Of a stretch of DNA of 64,000 nt, positions 37,498-50,819 are shown piece after piece; position 1 is the first letter of the stretch, and each line of letters starts with the position of its first letter. The stretch is from Glaucostegus cemiculus (lineage: Eukaryota): positions 868,001-932,000 of the forward strand of contig CDPCPM010000042.1 in the NCBI GenBank assembly GCA_976551045.1, written 5' to 3'. The notes under the pieces are model-generated. The model did no database searches. It was not told the DNA's origin and saw nothing but the letters and a program-made list of their open reading frames with translations. The position numbers and the translations under genes were made by a program.

Positions 37498-39641
37498 ATT
37501 TTCCTTCTTGTGGGGTGTGATTCCAGTTTTCGCAGTTCCTTCTCCTTGGTGCCCACTCAATCAAATGCTGCCTTGGTGTCAAGGACAGCCACTTTCACCT
37601 CATCTCTGGAAGTTAGCTGTTTTATCCTTGTTTGGATGAAGATTGTGATGATTACCAGCTTCCATCACTTTGCTGATATTGGGAATAGACTGATTGCGTT
37701 AGTCCTGCTCTCTGTAGACATGACATACCTGGGTAATTTTCTGTGTCATTGGGTAGTTTGCCAGTGTTGTAACTGTATTGGAATAGCTTAACTGGAGACA
37801 CAGCTAGTTCTGGAGTGTTAAACTCAGCAGTACAATACCAGATGTGGTCTGGTCCCATTGTCTTTGTTTTTGGCTGTTACTTCTATTGCATGGAATGAAC
37901 CAAGTTGGCTGGAGATGGGCCTCTGTGATGGTGAGGATTTCAGGAAGAAACTGAGGTGAATCATCTAGTGGGCACCTCTGGTTGCAAACGCTTCAGCCTT
38001 GTCTTTTACACACATGAATTATGTGTAGTAGGTAAATTTCCAGTAAAGTGTTATTCTCCATAAATTGCTGAATTATATTAATTGCCATTAAATAATATAG
38101 CTGAAAAATTCTATTTGAATAATATCTGATACTAGGAGCCTGTGGAAAATAAAAAAAGCAACGCGTATTCTTATTAGATAATGAATAAGGTAGAAATTTT
38201 CATTACGTTTTCTTAAATTATGTTGCCATGTCTAATGCAAATGAAAACCCCATCTCCTTGTTGGGATGCACAGATACACTAAAAAGTTAAGTCATGTAGC
38301 ACTTGCCAGTGACATTAAAAGCAATTGCACTAAATAAGGTACAATATTTTTCCTACATTTGGTAAAGTACAAAAATAAGCCCTTCAAATCTTACTTTACT
38401 AACTATGATACTCAGTGCTTTGTGTAATTGTTATTTTTTAATGGTTAAATTTCAAAAAATCATAAATGATGAATTACAGAAAGCTAGGAGTGAGGTTAAT
38501 TGGTCAATCTGTATTGGAGTTGGGCTTAATTTAAGCCATTATCCAAACTGCTGAAAAGAATTATTGTCAAAACCTCATTGCTTGACTTATATATCCTTAT
38601 AAAAGTTCAGCGGTCACAGTTCAGAAGTGAAAGAAAGCCCTATCAGTTCTGTCCCAGTTAGATATTTGTTTCAGTTTCAGAAGTGAAAATATTTTTCATT
38701 TCAACTATCAGTTGTCATATCAGATTGGAAGTTTGGGTCTGTTGGGTACTTGTTCCTGCCCACCATGAACAGAGGGAGGACAAAGATTGAGAATGAATGA
38801 ATGCTGAGATTCTGCTTAATATTCAGTGGATTATTCATGAAATTTGGTATGCGTTATCCTTAACAGAAGCTAAGGGCAGGTAAAAAGCTTTGAAAATGGC
38901 TTGTAGCCATTAAAGTTTGAATAGATGAAGTTGAATACTGGGAACATAAACATACAGTTATATCTTAAGCAGACAGTAAACATTTTGCTGTGGTCTCCAT
39001 TTCATCCTTTTTTTATTCATTCATTCAACTGGATGTGGACATTGTTGGCAATGCTGCCTTTTGTATCCATCCCTAGTTGCTCCAGTCCTGAGGAGGCAGT
39101 AGGAGTTGGTCTAGTAAGTCTGGAATTATATACAGTATAGGCCATAATGGTTAAGGAAGCAGACTTCCTTCCCTGAAACAGTCCGAAAGCTTTGTCGTTA
39201 CCATTCTTGAGACTACCTATTTCTTTAAATTTCAGTTTTATTTAATTACTTAGGTGAACATTCCCCTTGAACTTGTGTGTTTGGATCAATAGTCCAGTAA
39301 TGCTACCATTACCCTTAAACATATTTGTGTTTGTAAAAGAGTGCTTGAGTCTTGCCAATTTGACTGTTAGTCCATAGTGCCACATGATTTTCTTGCTTGG
39401 TGGGACAGAGAGACCCAGGGAGCAAGGGCCTTCAGGGAAAGATCATGAGATAAATGGAGGCATGACTGGGTATTACAAATTGGTCATGTCCAAATAAAGT
39501 AGAAAGTAGCTTTGGTAGAGTGTGCTATGAAGGACATCACTGGGACCATAATTAAAACTATAAGTTACTGACGGCAGATGATGTGAATATAACTGAATCT
39601 CCAGCTGATAGATACATGCTCAAAAGGTGATTAAAGTATTA

Positions 39642-39716
39642 GCACTCCTCTGTACTGGCACTGCTCTGTACTGGCACTCCTCTGTACTGGCACTCCTCTG
39701 TACTGGCACTGCTCTG
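39642..39716. repeat. 16-bp tandem repeat, gcact(c/g)ctctgtactg, ~4.7 copies
   Basis: Units start at 39642, 39658, 39674, 39690 and 39706 (partial). Confidence 0.95.
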
Positions 39717-40099
39717 CTCTCCTCTATGCTCTCAGCTGCAGAAAGGAATGAGGAGCATTTGCTGACCTTGCAGTGACAGTCAACACCTGTGCATGATAAC
39801 GAGAGGTATTGCAATCTTTATGGTGCACAGTCCCCATGTTGTTGACCTGCTGTTGTTGATCATCTCATTGTTCCGTTTTGTGTAATTCATAAAAACCAAA
39901 GACAAGTAATTAAATGTTCCAGACATTTTTCTCTGTCCAATCAACAGAGAACCCTAATAATTGTTCATTAATCACCCTGTACACTCTCTTAGTGTCTGCT
40001 TTAACCACCTTTGCCTGCCTGACTACTTCCAAGCTGTGGCTCTTCCCCATTGCTTCAGCTGGGTTGAGGAGTGGTTGTGGCCTGGAAATGGGATGTTGT

Positions 40100-41515
40100 A
40101 GATAGCCAAAGACCAGCTCTGAACCCTGCTTCAGACTGCATTGCCTTGCCAAGAATGTTAGTAATCCAGACTGGAAATTCTTCTATTGCATGCAGACATA
40201 TTCTGCTCATTTGGAACTGCAAGGGGAGCATTGGACTGATGGGGATGGAAGCATGGATCTGATCTGATTCTGATTCTGGATATCATTGTCTTGAAAGAGG
40301 CCAGCAGATTCATAATCACTATACATTGGGACTCCCTTGGGCCAGAGCATGCAAGGCATTAATTGGATGCAGTTTGTAAGAGAATAAACGTCTGGATTGC
40401 TGTCAAAGCCTTGAAGCTTTTGACATTTTGGCAGCAGTATAAAGTTGTTTGGCAGCATTTTATGCCCGTGCTGGAACAGAAGCTGTGATCTCTCCTATCA
40501 GACCGTTGTTGGGGCTGTGAGAGTAGATATGCAGCTGGCTATTTCTTCCTTGCTGGGTAGAATGGAAGAGTTTTGCAAGGTTAGAGGTGGAATTCCCCAT
40601 CCTCACTGACATCTCCCACAGGCGTTCAGATATTGCCCCACCTTTCAATAGTCCTCATCTGGGGCAGAGACACTTTTTCTCGGGAGCTAGCACACTGTTC
40701 CCCTTGTACCCTCATGCCTGGTGATTAACCATCTGCAGATCCTGCCACTCTACTGTGCCTGCTGCCAGGATCTGAGCAAATGAATGTAAGTGACATTTGC
40801 AATTATGCTGTGCCATCTCTTTCCTCTGACTTTTAACATAACTGCTTTGGAGCCAACTTGTATTTCTTAGTTATAAGGATATGCTCATGGGGTAGATAAA
40901 AAAAATAAAATTGAACCATTAGGGTATTTTAAGGCATAAAAATTTAAGGAGTGGCGGGATGTAAAGATAAAGACTGGATATAAACATTTAGTCCTCATCA
41001 ATGATTGATTTACTGCTGGTCCTGCCTTTGTGGCAGCCAAGCCTATAATTACCAGTCCTTATCCTACAATCGATTGAGTCTGTGCATATGATTAAAAACC
41101 TCTTGCATTGATCTGCTGTTTCCTTCTGTTGTGTGCAACCTTATTCTGCAAGAGAGAGGGAAGAATGTTAGGGAATGTACCACACTCTGTGTATGGTCTT
41201 TATCATGGTTGAATAGCTGTAAGTGTGAAGCTGTGAAAAGCATGTATGAATGGCCAAGTTGTGGTACATTTGTGAGTGTACTGGGGCATGGGCTGGTGGG
41301 TGGGATCTTTTGCTCTTGACACCACATATGATCATTACATGTCTTGCCGAATTGGGACCAGGTCCTCCAGGTATCACTATGGTATCTTTCTCGCTGACTA
41401 CTGTTTCCTATTGGTATTTCAGTTGTGCCTTTGACCACAGGACCTCCCTGTAGATGCCCAGAAGTTCTAGATGTGCTTGGTGAAAATGGGTGTCTGTTGT
41501 TGCTGTTCTGAGGAT
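40100..41515 (-). pseudogene. Harbinger Myb/SANT-like ORF relic
   Basis: ~41500-41330 on -: RHPFS..LELL..REVL.. and RTWSQFGKTCNDH (cf. RTWxQCRKKFNDL). ~40640-40570: ISERLWEMSVRMGNSTSNLAK, a downstream helical segment typical of such ORFs. Confidence 0.55.
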
Positions 41516-42253
41516 TCACCAGGCAGTGACTTACAGCAGTGGTTAGATTTTGCAGCTTCTCTCCTTTGGGTGTAAAACGTGTAGGTGTGCGGAATACCTA
41601 CTTAATACCAATGTGCAGAACACTTCAATAAGTGGCTGCAAAGAGTACAAGTACTCACACAAAGTACACATAAGTAAACTGTGCACTTCTAGTACCAAGA
41701 GAAACTGGTGTTGGTCTCCTGTGCAGTATCTTTTTCCCATAAGTTGAAGTTTTCTGGAGGGTAACTAGGAAAAAAATATACATTAGAAGACTCTTGGTGA
41801 GATTTCTTTGGGTCAGTTGCTGAATTCCTGATCTTAACCTGCATTGTGAAGGGAATTATTGTTGGAATCTAGTTAACAAATGTCACACTCTAGTTCGGAT
41901 TAATGCTGGAGAGGAAGATTTTAGAATCAATGATCAGGGATAAAGTTAGCATTCCCTTTCACAAGTGTGGATGAATGAAGGAGATTCGGCATCAATTTGT
42001 TAATAAGAAATCATTTTGATTAAGCTAATTGAGTTTTTTGCTGCATGAAATGTCTTTTTCAAGACTGGAGCAAGCTATACAATGAAGTTCCTCAAGGGCC
42101 ATTTGAACCTTCTGATATATATTGTAATTTGTACTTGTAAGTACTGGATTTAATTCTGAAATTTACAGATGGCACAAAATTTAGGTGTATACGAAACAGT
42201 GAGGGAGAAAGCTATAGATGTAAAAGGACATAGCACTCACTTGGACTAGAAAA

Positions 42254-42540
42254 CCATGAGATATAGGCGCAGGATTAGGAGATTTGGCCAATCGAGTCTG
42301 CTCCGCTATTTAATCATGGCTGATTTTTTTCCAACCCCATTCTCCTGCCTTCTCCCCATAACCCTTAATCCCTTGACCAATCAAGAATCTATCAGTCTCT
42401 GCCTTAAATACACTCAATGACTCAGCCTCCACAGCCCTCTGTGGCAACAAATTCAACAGATTCACCACACTCTGACTGAAGAAATTCCTCCTCACCTCAG
42501 TTTTAAAAAAAACGTCCCTTTATTCTGAGGCTAAGCCCTC
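42254..42540 (-). mobile_element. CR1 3' end
   Basis: RRNFFSQSVVNLLNLLPQRAVEA..FKAE.DRFL plus 3' UTR. Confidence 0.88.
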
Positions 42541-42834
42541 ACTTGGTGAAATGGGTGGCCATATGAAGATAAAATACAGTGCAGTAAAATAGTGTTACAT
42601 TTGGCTAGGAAAATGATAGAAGGAACTTGGGGTTAATTTTGCTACCACAAGTGGAATTATGGTGTAAAAAAAATAACTTCTTAGCAAGTGAACTTCATCA
42701 ATCCTGAGTGAAACACAGCAACAACCATTTCCAGGTTGTCGTCATCACTATGGAAATATGACTGGAGATTTCCTGACATGATTAACACTTGTGTGGGTGA
42801 GCATTTTAGCACTGAATGTGCACTCAATGATGTA

Positions 42835-44078
42835 TTGGTTTATTATTGTCACTTCTACTGAGGTACAGTGAAAAGCTTGTCTTACAAACCAATCGTACAG
42901 GTCAATTCATTACACAGTGCAGTTACATTGAGTTTGTACAGAGTGCATTGATGTAGTACAGGTAAAAACAGTAACAGTGCAGAGTAAAATGTCACAGCTA
43001 CAGATAAAGTGCAGTGCAGGTAGACAATAAGGTGCAAAGTCACAACAAGGCAGATTGTGAAGTCAGAGTCCATCTCAGCGTATAAGGGAACCGTTCAATA
43101 GTCTTATCACAGTGGGATAGAAGCTGTCCTTGAGCCTGGTGGTATGTGCCCTCAGGCTCCTGTATTTTCTACATGATGGAAGGGGAGAGAAGAGAGAATG
43201 GCTTGGGTGGGTGGTGTCTTTGATTATGCTGGCTGCTTTGCCAAGGCAGCGAGAGGTAAAGAAAGAGTCCAAGGAGAGGAGGCTGGTTTCCGTGATGCGC
43301 TGGGCTGCATCCACAACTCTCTGCAGTTTCTTGTGGTCCTGGGCAGAGCAGTTGCCGTACCAGGCCATGATGCATCCAGATAGGATGCTTTCTGTGGTGC
43401 ATCGATAAAAGTTGTTGAGTGCCAAAGGGGACATGCCAAATGTCTTAAGCCTCCTGAGAAAGTAGGGGCGTTGGTGAGCTTTTTTGGCCATGGCATCTTG
43501 ACCAGGACAGGCTATTGGTGATGTTCACATATTGGTGATTCTATCTCCTTCCTGTACCCTGAATCATCATTGTTTGAGATACAGCCTACTATGGTGGTAT
43601 CATCTGCAAGTTTGTAGATGGAGTTAGAGAAGAATCTGGCCACACAGTTATGAGTATATAGGGAGCAGAGTAGAGGACTAAGTATGCAGCCTGGTGGGGC
43701 ACCACTGTTGAGAATAATCGTGCTGGTGGTGTTGCTGCCCATCCTCACTGATTGTGGTCTGTTGGTCAGAAAGTCAAGGATCCAGTTACAGAGGGAGTTG
43801 TTGAGTCCTAGGTCTCGGAGTTTGGTGATGAGTTTGCTTGGAATGATAGTATTGAAGGCAGAGCTGTAGTCAATAAACAATAGTCTAACATAGGTGTCTT
43901 TACTGTCCAGATGCTCCAGAGCTGAGTGTAGGGCCAGGGAGATGGCGTCCGCTGTAGAACTGGTTCAGCAATAGGCGAATTACAGTGGGTTCAGGTTGTC
44001 TGGGAGGCTGGAGTTGATGCATGCCATGACCAACCTCTCAAAGCACTTCATGATGGTGGATGTCAGAGCCACTGGTCA
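42835..44078 (-). mobile_element. Rex1/Babar-type LINE with RT domain and an internal deletion at ~43520
   Basis: [68 protein letters not shown], 3' UTR. Confidence 0.92.
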
Positions 44079-44569
44079 GAGCTAATGCAGTTTATTATGT
44101 TGCATCATTTTTTAGTGTTGCTGGGTGACAGTCAGTGATATTGCCTCAAAGAATGCCTATCGTTGGCCACTCACAAATCAATCAACTTTTCATAACAGTA
44201 ACGGCACACTTTTACTTGTAACTTTTATAATGTCCTGCAGAACACATTGCAGACTCCCTGCTCATTCTGATGCCTACTCCTAATAATCACCGAGGCTTCA
44301 TCTGAGCTCTACTGCAATATAAGAATTTGAAAATTCCTTACAATGGCGACTGCATGGTGCTTCTGCTAGTTTTGTTGTAATTGTTGGGACTGAAGGGACT
44401 ACAGGCATGGATATGGACCCCAAGCGAGGCGGCACGGAATGATTCAGTAATGCAGACTTTAAGCCCAATCATCCATATTGACCCATGATCCTGTTCTGGC
44501 CTCTGTGAGGCACAATGTTTTCAGGAGGTTTACCAGTGGCTGTCACAAAATCTGTGACCTTCTGTCGGC

Positions 44570-45860
44570 TTTTCCTTTTCCAGTGCATTCCTGTCTTCCT
44601 ATAGTGTGGTGACTGGAACTGCACACAATATTCCATCCTAACCAATGTTTTATAAAGTTGTAGCAACACCCCCTTACATAAAGACCGTACTTTATGCCCA
44701 GCTAATGAAAAAGAGTTTCTTGTAAGCTGCCTTTATGATCTGATCTATGTGTGCTGCAACCTTTAGGGATCTTTGGACTTCTAAGCCAAGATCCCATTGT
44801 TCTGCAATGCTCCTGGCATTCATGGTGTATGTCCTGCTGTTGTTGGTCCTCCTAGAATACATCACCTGACACTTTTCAAGATTAAATTTTATTTCCCATT
44901 ATCCTCATCTAATTAAATTAGTCAGACAGGATCTCCTGCCATTAAGTCTGTGCTGATTGTTCCTGATCAATCCCTGCCTTTCCAGGTGTAGATTAATCCT
45001 GTCACTCAGAAATCTTTCCTGTAATTTTTCTACCACTGACATTATACTAACTGGCTTATAATTACTGGCTTATCCCTGCTGCCCTTCCTGAATAAAGGTT
45101 CCACAATTACTGCCATCTGGCACCTCACCAGTGGCCAGCAAAGATTTAACTGCCTCCATCTGAGCCCCAGCAGTTTCCTTCCTTTGCCTCCCATAGCAGC
45201 CTGGGTTACATCTTATCAGGCCCTGGGAATTTATGGCTACTAGATATCTAGTACCTCCTTTTTAACCTTAACATGCTCCAGTATTTCACCGATCCAGTTG
45301 AAATCTCCAAATACAATGTATTTCTCCCTAGTGAGTACAGATGGAAATATGCCTGCATCCTCTGGCTCCTCACACTGATTGCCCCTTTGGTCCATAATGG
45401 GTCCCACTCAGACCCTGGTTACCCTCTTGCTCTTAGTGTATATAAAATGCTTTGAGATTTTCCTTTATCTTACCTGCCACTGATTTTTCTTGCACTCTCT
45501 TTGCCCTCCTAATTTCTTTTTTAAGCATCCACCTAAAATCTCTAAAGCTGAAGGGCCCTCCCATTTTCAGTATCCCATATCTGCTATATGCTCCCTTTCT
45601 TTTATCAATCTCTTTATTGCTTGACATCCAGGTTTTCCTGAACTTGCCATTCATACTTTTCACTCTAACTGGAACACATTGATTCTGAACTCTCACTATT
45701 TCACTTTTGAAAGAGACCGACTTCCCAAATGTAGATTTACCTGCAGGTAGCAAGTAGCTGCTCCTAGTGTATGTTTGCCAGTCCTGTCTAATGATATTGA
45801 AACCAGCCTTCCCCCATTTCAGACACTTAATTTCCAGACTATCCTTACGCCTTTCCATAA
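44570..45860 (-). mobile_element. Old CR1 with internal deletions
   Basis: KIKENLKAFY, LYKTLVR.EYCVQFQSPHYRK and YKPVS motifs. Confidence 0.8.
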
Positions 45861-45861
45861 C

Positions 45862-46110
45862 CAGTTCTGATGCAGGGTTTCGACCCAAAACGTCAACCAT
45901 TTCTTCCCCCTCTGTAGATGCTGCTTGACCCTCTGAGTTCCTCCAGCAGATTGTTTGTTGCTGAAAAAGAAACTCTCACTGTTCTGAGTTCAGCCTCCTA
46001 TGTTGCTCCAGTGATACCCAACAAAAACTTTGGAAACAGCACCTCATCTCCCTTCTGGGGAAGATGAAGCACTCAAGACTTAGTATTGAATTTGACGATT
46101 GTAGGTAATC
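45862..46110 (+). mobile_element. Penelope relics: terminal repeat with hammerhead-like motif, followed by a GIY-YIG C-terminal fragment
   Basis: ctgatgcagggtttcgacccaaaacgtc at 45867-45894. 45985-46105 reads LLCCSSDTQQKLWKQHLISLLG..LSIEF (cf. RKLEEQHLIFRLG..MNIEF). Confidence 0.7.
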
Positions 46111-46299
46111 ATTCTTTCCTCTCCACAGATATGGCTGTTCCTTTCTGTTTCAAATTGTTTTTATTTTCCTTTTCTGTCTCCATGCCCAGGGAAATAAATA
46201 CAGGGGAATGAGTTTACTGTGAGAGTTGGCATAGACTCGATGGGTCTAATGGGACTAATTATGAAATGAGAAAAAAATGAAACAAAAAAAGATTCACAT

Positions 46300-46900
46300 C
46301 AGCCTGGGACCGTCAAACCTGTTGTAATTGACAAGAAATCCAGATTAACAAGCCTCTTTACAGATGTCAGAAACTATGATTGACATCAATAGATGTGCAG
46401 TAAGAATCAATTTCAACAGCAAAATCAGATGTATAAAAACTCTACTGTCAATTCTCTATTAGAATTAATTCTATGATGAGGCGGAATGGGAAATGCTGAC
46501 CTGTCATGCTGACCATCAATGTCTCCCATGGGATCGTTATTTCCAGAGGAAAATTGAGACTTATTCAAAGAATGACTTTGCTGTTCAGGCTGACAGGTTA
46601 TCTTTTTACACCTCAGAGACAGCCACAGAAGAACGGTATTGCATGTCAGGCAAAGGAAATGAAAGCAATACCTTGTGCACATTAAGACAGTGTTTAAAGA
46701 TGGTACCAGTGTTTCATTGGATTGAATCTAAGCAGGACAACAAAAAATTCATAGGGACTTGAATGGAGAAGGAAAAATCGCAAAAGAACTGAAAAATTAT
46801 GCCAGAAAGTGATCACAAATCACTTCAAATAGTGGAATTTTGCACCAAAAAATGATAAAAATCAGAATCTCCTTTGGATTCACTCCCTTACCTGAGTAGG
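46300..46900 (+). mobile_element. Possible Tc1/mariner Tigger/pogo-like transposase N-terminal relic
   Basis: Weak KDGTSVS.., KNYA..SQITSN..LH and LLWIH resemblance to the CENP-B-type HTH region. Confidence 0.3.
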
Positions 46901-48329
46901 ACAAGAAGTACTTATCGCCAACACTGTGCCAACCAATGAATTGGAGAATGACTTTGTTTGCTGAATACAAGTCTCCGAGTTTATGAATGCTTATGTACAG
47001 CCTGTACATAAAGTGAGCATTTGGGAGACCAGCAGGATGGATTTGACAGCTGCCATGGGGCTGCAGAGCATCTTCTTCCCTGTGGGAACTTGGTTAACGA
47101 TCTCACTTCCAACTTGCGAACTGTTTGGGTTACAAACAGTTCACAGGAACAGAACCTTTGCCATAACCCAGGGAGGACCTGTAATAGATTGCTTGCTGTA
47201 ACTCCACTTAAGAGCAGAGGAGACAAACAATAGCTACTTCTCTCAGCAAAATCAAGTTAATTTCCCCAAAAACACTTAGAGTAAAGGATAGCTATGTACA
47301 AATAATGTACACACAAGATCAATGTGCAGCAGAGTGCCACCTGGTTTGACTGAGGAATTGCCCAATCAGGTCCACTCTGGCAAGCTTGAGTGCTGTCACT
47401 AAATGCAACCAAAAGAAAATTGCACTTCACAGGCTACTTCCCTGTACTGCAGAACCTTGTACATGAATTTAATGTTCATGGAGAGCAAAACTCTATACCA
47501 ATAAAAGCCTATATTTCATATTTATAATTTCAGAAGTGACCACAAAACTGGAAGATGCAGAATATTTTAGATATGTTTAATAATAAAACATTTCTTATTA
47601 TATAACAATATTAAGAAATGTTTTATTATTAAACATCTGTAGATACAATTATAACATTCAAAAGGCGTTTGGACAGGTACTTGGATAGTAAAGGCATAGA
47701 GGGATATGGGATTAGTGTAGATAGGCATCACAGTCAGCATGGACAAGGTGTGCCAAAGGGCCAGTTTTGCTGTTGTATGTTTCTATTAATTCAGCCTTCA
47801 GAATTTGATAACTTTAGATGTAGCAGAAGTTTTGGCTCCCCACTTCATAACATCAGATCTGTTAGACTTATTGATTACTGTCTGTAATCCCTATCAGCCA
47901 TCCAAAGCTTTTGGCTGTAACTTGCTTGGCAGAGAACCCTCTTGACATTGCTTGGCTCCTGCCTGGCTGGACATAATCACGTTGTTTAAGGGAAGGCTCT
48001 GTGTAGAGTACAAGGCCGTTTCCCAAAATATAGAAACTCACATATTAAGAGAGGGAGAGGAGAATCCCATCTCTAATCACAATTTAAGGACAAGAAATGG
48101 ACACAGCATCCAAATTATGTTTTGATGTGATATTGGATTAGATTAACTGTACATGTGGTATCAAACTGAACCAATACGACATGACTCCCTTCGAGATTCC
48201 TAACTTAGAGTGAAGTCAAGTACTTGCTTTGGATTTACAATGTTAAGCTGATGTAGGTTTGAAGCCTAAATCATTTTCCACTAACATCAAACTTGCGATG
48301 TTAATGCACTGTTGATGTGTCCTGGAAAA

Positions 48330-50160
48330 GTTAGTGACACTGTTTGATTAGGCTAAGATTTAGAGAAGCAGTGAATAAGATGAAAGGCAGAGCAAACAAA
48401 GATTGAAAATATAAAGAAAAAGAATTTAGTGAATAAGATGGATGAGGTGAAGGCACCGAGTAAACATGCAGAGGCATGAGATCATAGCTTTTACAGAACT
48501 ATGGCTTAAAGAGTGATAGGATTGGCAAATTAAAGCTCTTATTTATAGTTTTCAGACAAGATTGGGAGTGGGAAAGCAGAAGAGGTGGGAGACAATAGAA
48601 AGATCATCTAATGAGTCTATGTGGTTTGAATGAAAGAAGTCACATTTTTGGGAGTCTACCTGAGGAAGACAGAAAGCAAATTTCAAACGTTCAGCAAGCC
48701 GTAAGGTGAAACGTGAGTAAAGGCTTCTTCACAACCATCGTTGACTGAAGACAAAACGTAGATGTAGAGAGAACATAGAGAGTAAGCACCAGGACAGTAA
48801 TGGCAGGAGATTTCAGTAACCCTAGTAATAACTGGGAAAACATCAGTGTAAAGAAAAAAGAATTATAAAATATACTTAGATTTTCTTTCATTTTATTGTT
48901 ACGAACCAGCAACAAAAGAAACACACCAAGTCATGATTCAGTGTTAAAAACTACTTTATTAATGGCTACTTATGATAATAAGAAAAATAAAAGTAAAAAT
49001 GTTAAGTCTTAAATATTAACCCCAAAACTAAACCCGTCGTGTGTTTGTGGCTAATTCCTAAACTCAAAGTCCAGGAATAATTCGCAAAGTACAGTTCAGC
49101 AAGCCGTAAGGTGAAATGTGAGTAAAGGCTTCTTCACAACCATCATTGACTAAAGACAAAACGTAGATGTAGAGAGAACATAGAGAGTAATTATGAAATC
49201 CAAATGTTCCACTTTGGAACCCAAATGACACCTTAGTGTTTACTCAGTAGTGACTTGCTCACCCCAAAAAGCATCTGAATCATGTCCGTCCACACAAATA
49301 CCTGTTTCCTTTTATAGGTCACCATTGAAGTGAACTCCACTACTTTGTTCCAAAGCATCTGCCACTCTGAAATGCCTCCAAGATGTGGCTGTCCACACAA
49401 ACACCTGTCTCTCTCTACAGGTTAGCGACAAAGTGGACTCCACTGGATTACACCAAAAATCCATACGTGGATTGTAGTGACAGACAGAGTTATTATTTTT
49501 CATCTATCGATAGAGACTAGCAGGCTTCTCCCTCTCCCTCTCCTCTCCAACTGACTGCTTCAACAACATCATTACGTCCTTTATCTTCTGTTGATGTAAG
49601 CATGCCACACACACACACTACGCCCTATCCTAATGGGACATTCACCAATAGTAACCTAGTCTGTAACATTATATCATTGCTTAGCATTATTTCAAAACTG
49701 CTCTAGGCTTTCTGCTGCATTAAGCCCTTGGCATCTCACAGAAACCTATCTGTTTTTAACATCCTCTGAGCATCTTGCCAGCCAGGGTACTCTAGATTTG
49801 GCAGCCCTATCCATTACCTTTGTGGGAACAAATGTAATCTGAACCCCATGAATCTCCTCCTTGAATGTTTGCATTGTTCTGACAATTCAAGAAGCCCAAT
49901 GTTGTCAAATCACTTCATTACCAAGTAATGTGACAAGACCATGAAAATGGAGGGGGACAGTCAATTGTAGACGGGTTAAGAAAATGAAGGTGAGCAATTG
50001 AAGAAGTATCAGTGGAAGATATTTTTGCTGTAATGGTCAGCTAGATTTATCATAGTTATGGAAAAAGGATGAAGATCAAATAGGAATAAAGATTCTATTT
50101 TGGACTGGACTAAAGCCATTTTTTATTAAACTGAGAAGTGAAGTCGTATAGGAAGTTCTG
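48330..50160 (+). mobile_element. Old CR1 endonuclease-region fragments (host of the solo LTR), including a reversed piece at ~49700-49885
   Basis: LVNKMDE.., ITELWL-like, VMAGDFSNP..NWE (APE GDFN motif). Confidence 0.6.
48897..49668 (-). mobile_element. Solo LTR (772 bp), probably Gypsy/Ty3-type
   Basis: TGTTAC...GTAACA termini, 4-bp TSD ttat (48893-48896 and 49669-49672), AATAAA on - at ~48955-48960, internal ~55-bp repeat (gtccacacaaa.acctgt at ~49288 and 49391), CpGs retained. Confidence 0.8.
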
Positions 50161-50639
50161 AAAGGAAATTAAAAGGATAACAAACAAAGCAAAGCAACTG
50201 GATGAAATTAAAGAAAATCCAAGTAAAGGCGACCTCTGTATTACAGGGGGCTGTGTCCTGAGAAAACAACCCATATCATGATTTTCTTTAATGTGAAGCC
50301 ATGTCATCTGCACAGGCATCAAGAAACACGAGTTGAACAAAAATGTGTTTATTTACCTTTTTTTCCAGATAAATTCCATGAGAGTGAATCTTATTCCATA
50401 TCTCAAGTTTTTGGGTAGTGATTTGTGAATTCTGTAAGGTTGAATTTTCATGACTCGAACAGCCATAATGCAGGGGTCACCTGTAAAGTAAGACGCCAGT
50501 AATTCGCCATTTAATCATTCAAAAATCCTGATGGTTTGGAACTGCCTCACCAGATGATGTTTGCAATTTATACTCAGCTGGCCTCTACTTCCCACGTTAT
50601 CCGAGCATTTGCTGGGGCTCCAATTCCTGCCCTGCCTTT

Positions 50640-50812
50640 TAACATCACCTAATTCTGTTTCTCCTGCTCCCTTTAATCCGAAATGTTAAAAAGACGTGAC
50701 ACAGTAACAAGTGAATTAAAAGTATTAACAAAATAACATCCGATAGTCCAAAGAGTCTGCTAATTCGGCACCACCAAAATCCTGAGCATGCCAGTTCAAC
50801 AGAGTTTTATTG
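50640..50812. mobile_element. Tigger-like DNA transposon/MITE end
   Basis: atccgatagtcc...ctaattcggcaccaccaaaatcctgagcatgccagttcaacagagttttattg resembles a Tigger TIR and subterminal repeat. No partner end identified. Confidence 0.45.
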
Positions 50813-50819
50813 TGTATTT

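Larger units (their letters stand above)
35790..38010 (-). mobile_element. CR1/L2-group LINE (family distinct from HER1), fragmented by two CR1 3' ends
   Basis: ORF 37652..37858 GPDHI...PELAVSP.KLFQYSYNTG; C-terminal YK..A..MMKYLPLAW; 3' end caccttttcaagggcagttaggatgggaaataaag. Confidence 0.75.

Noticed and set aside
39642-39716. CRISPR-like array
   Set aside because: Contiguous 16-bp tandem units with no unique spacers, in a eukaryotic context with no cas genes.
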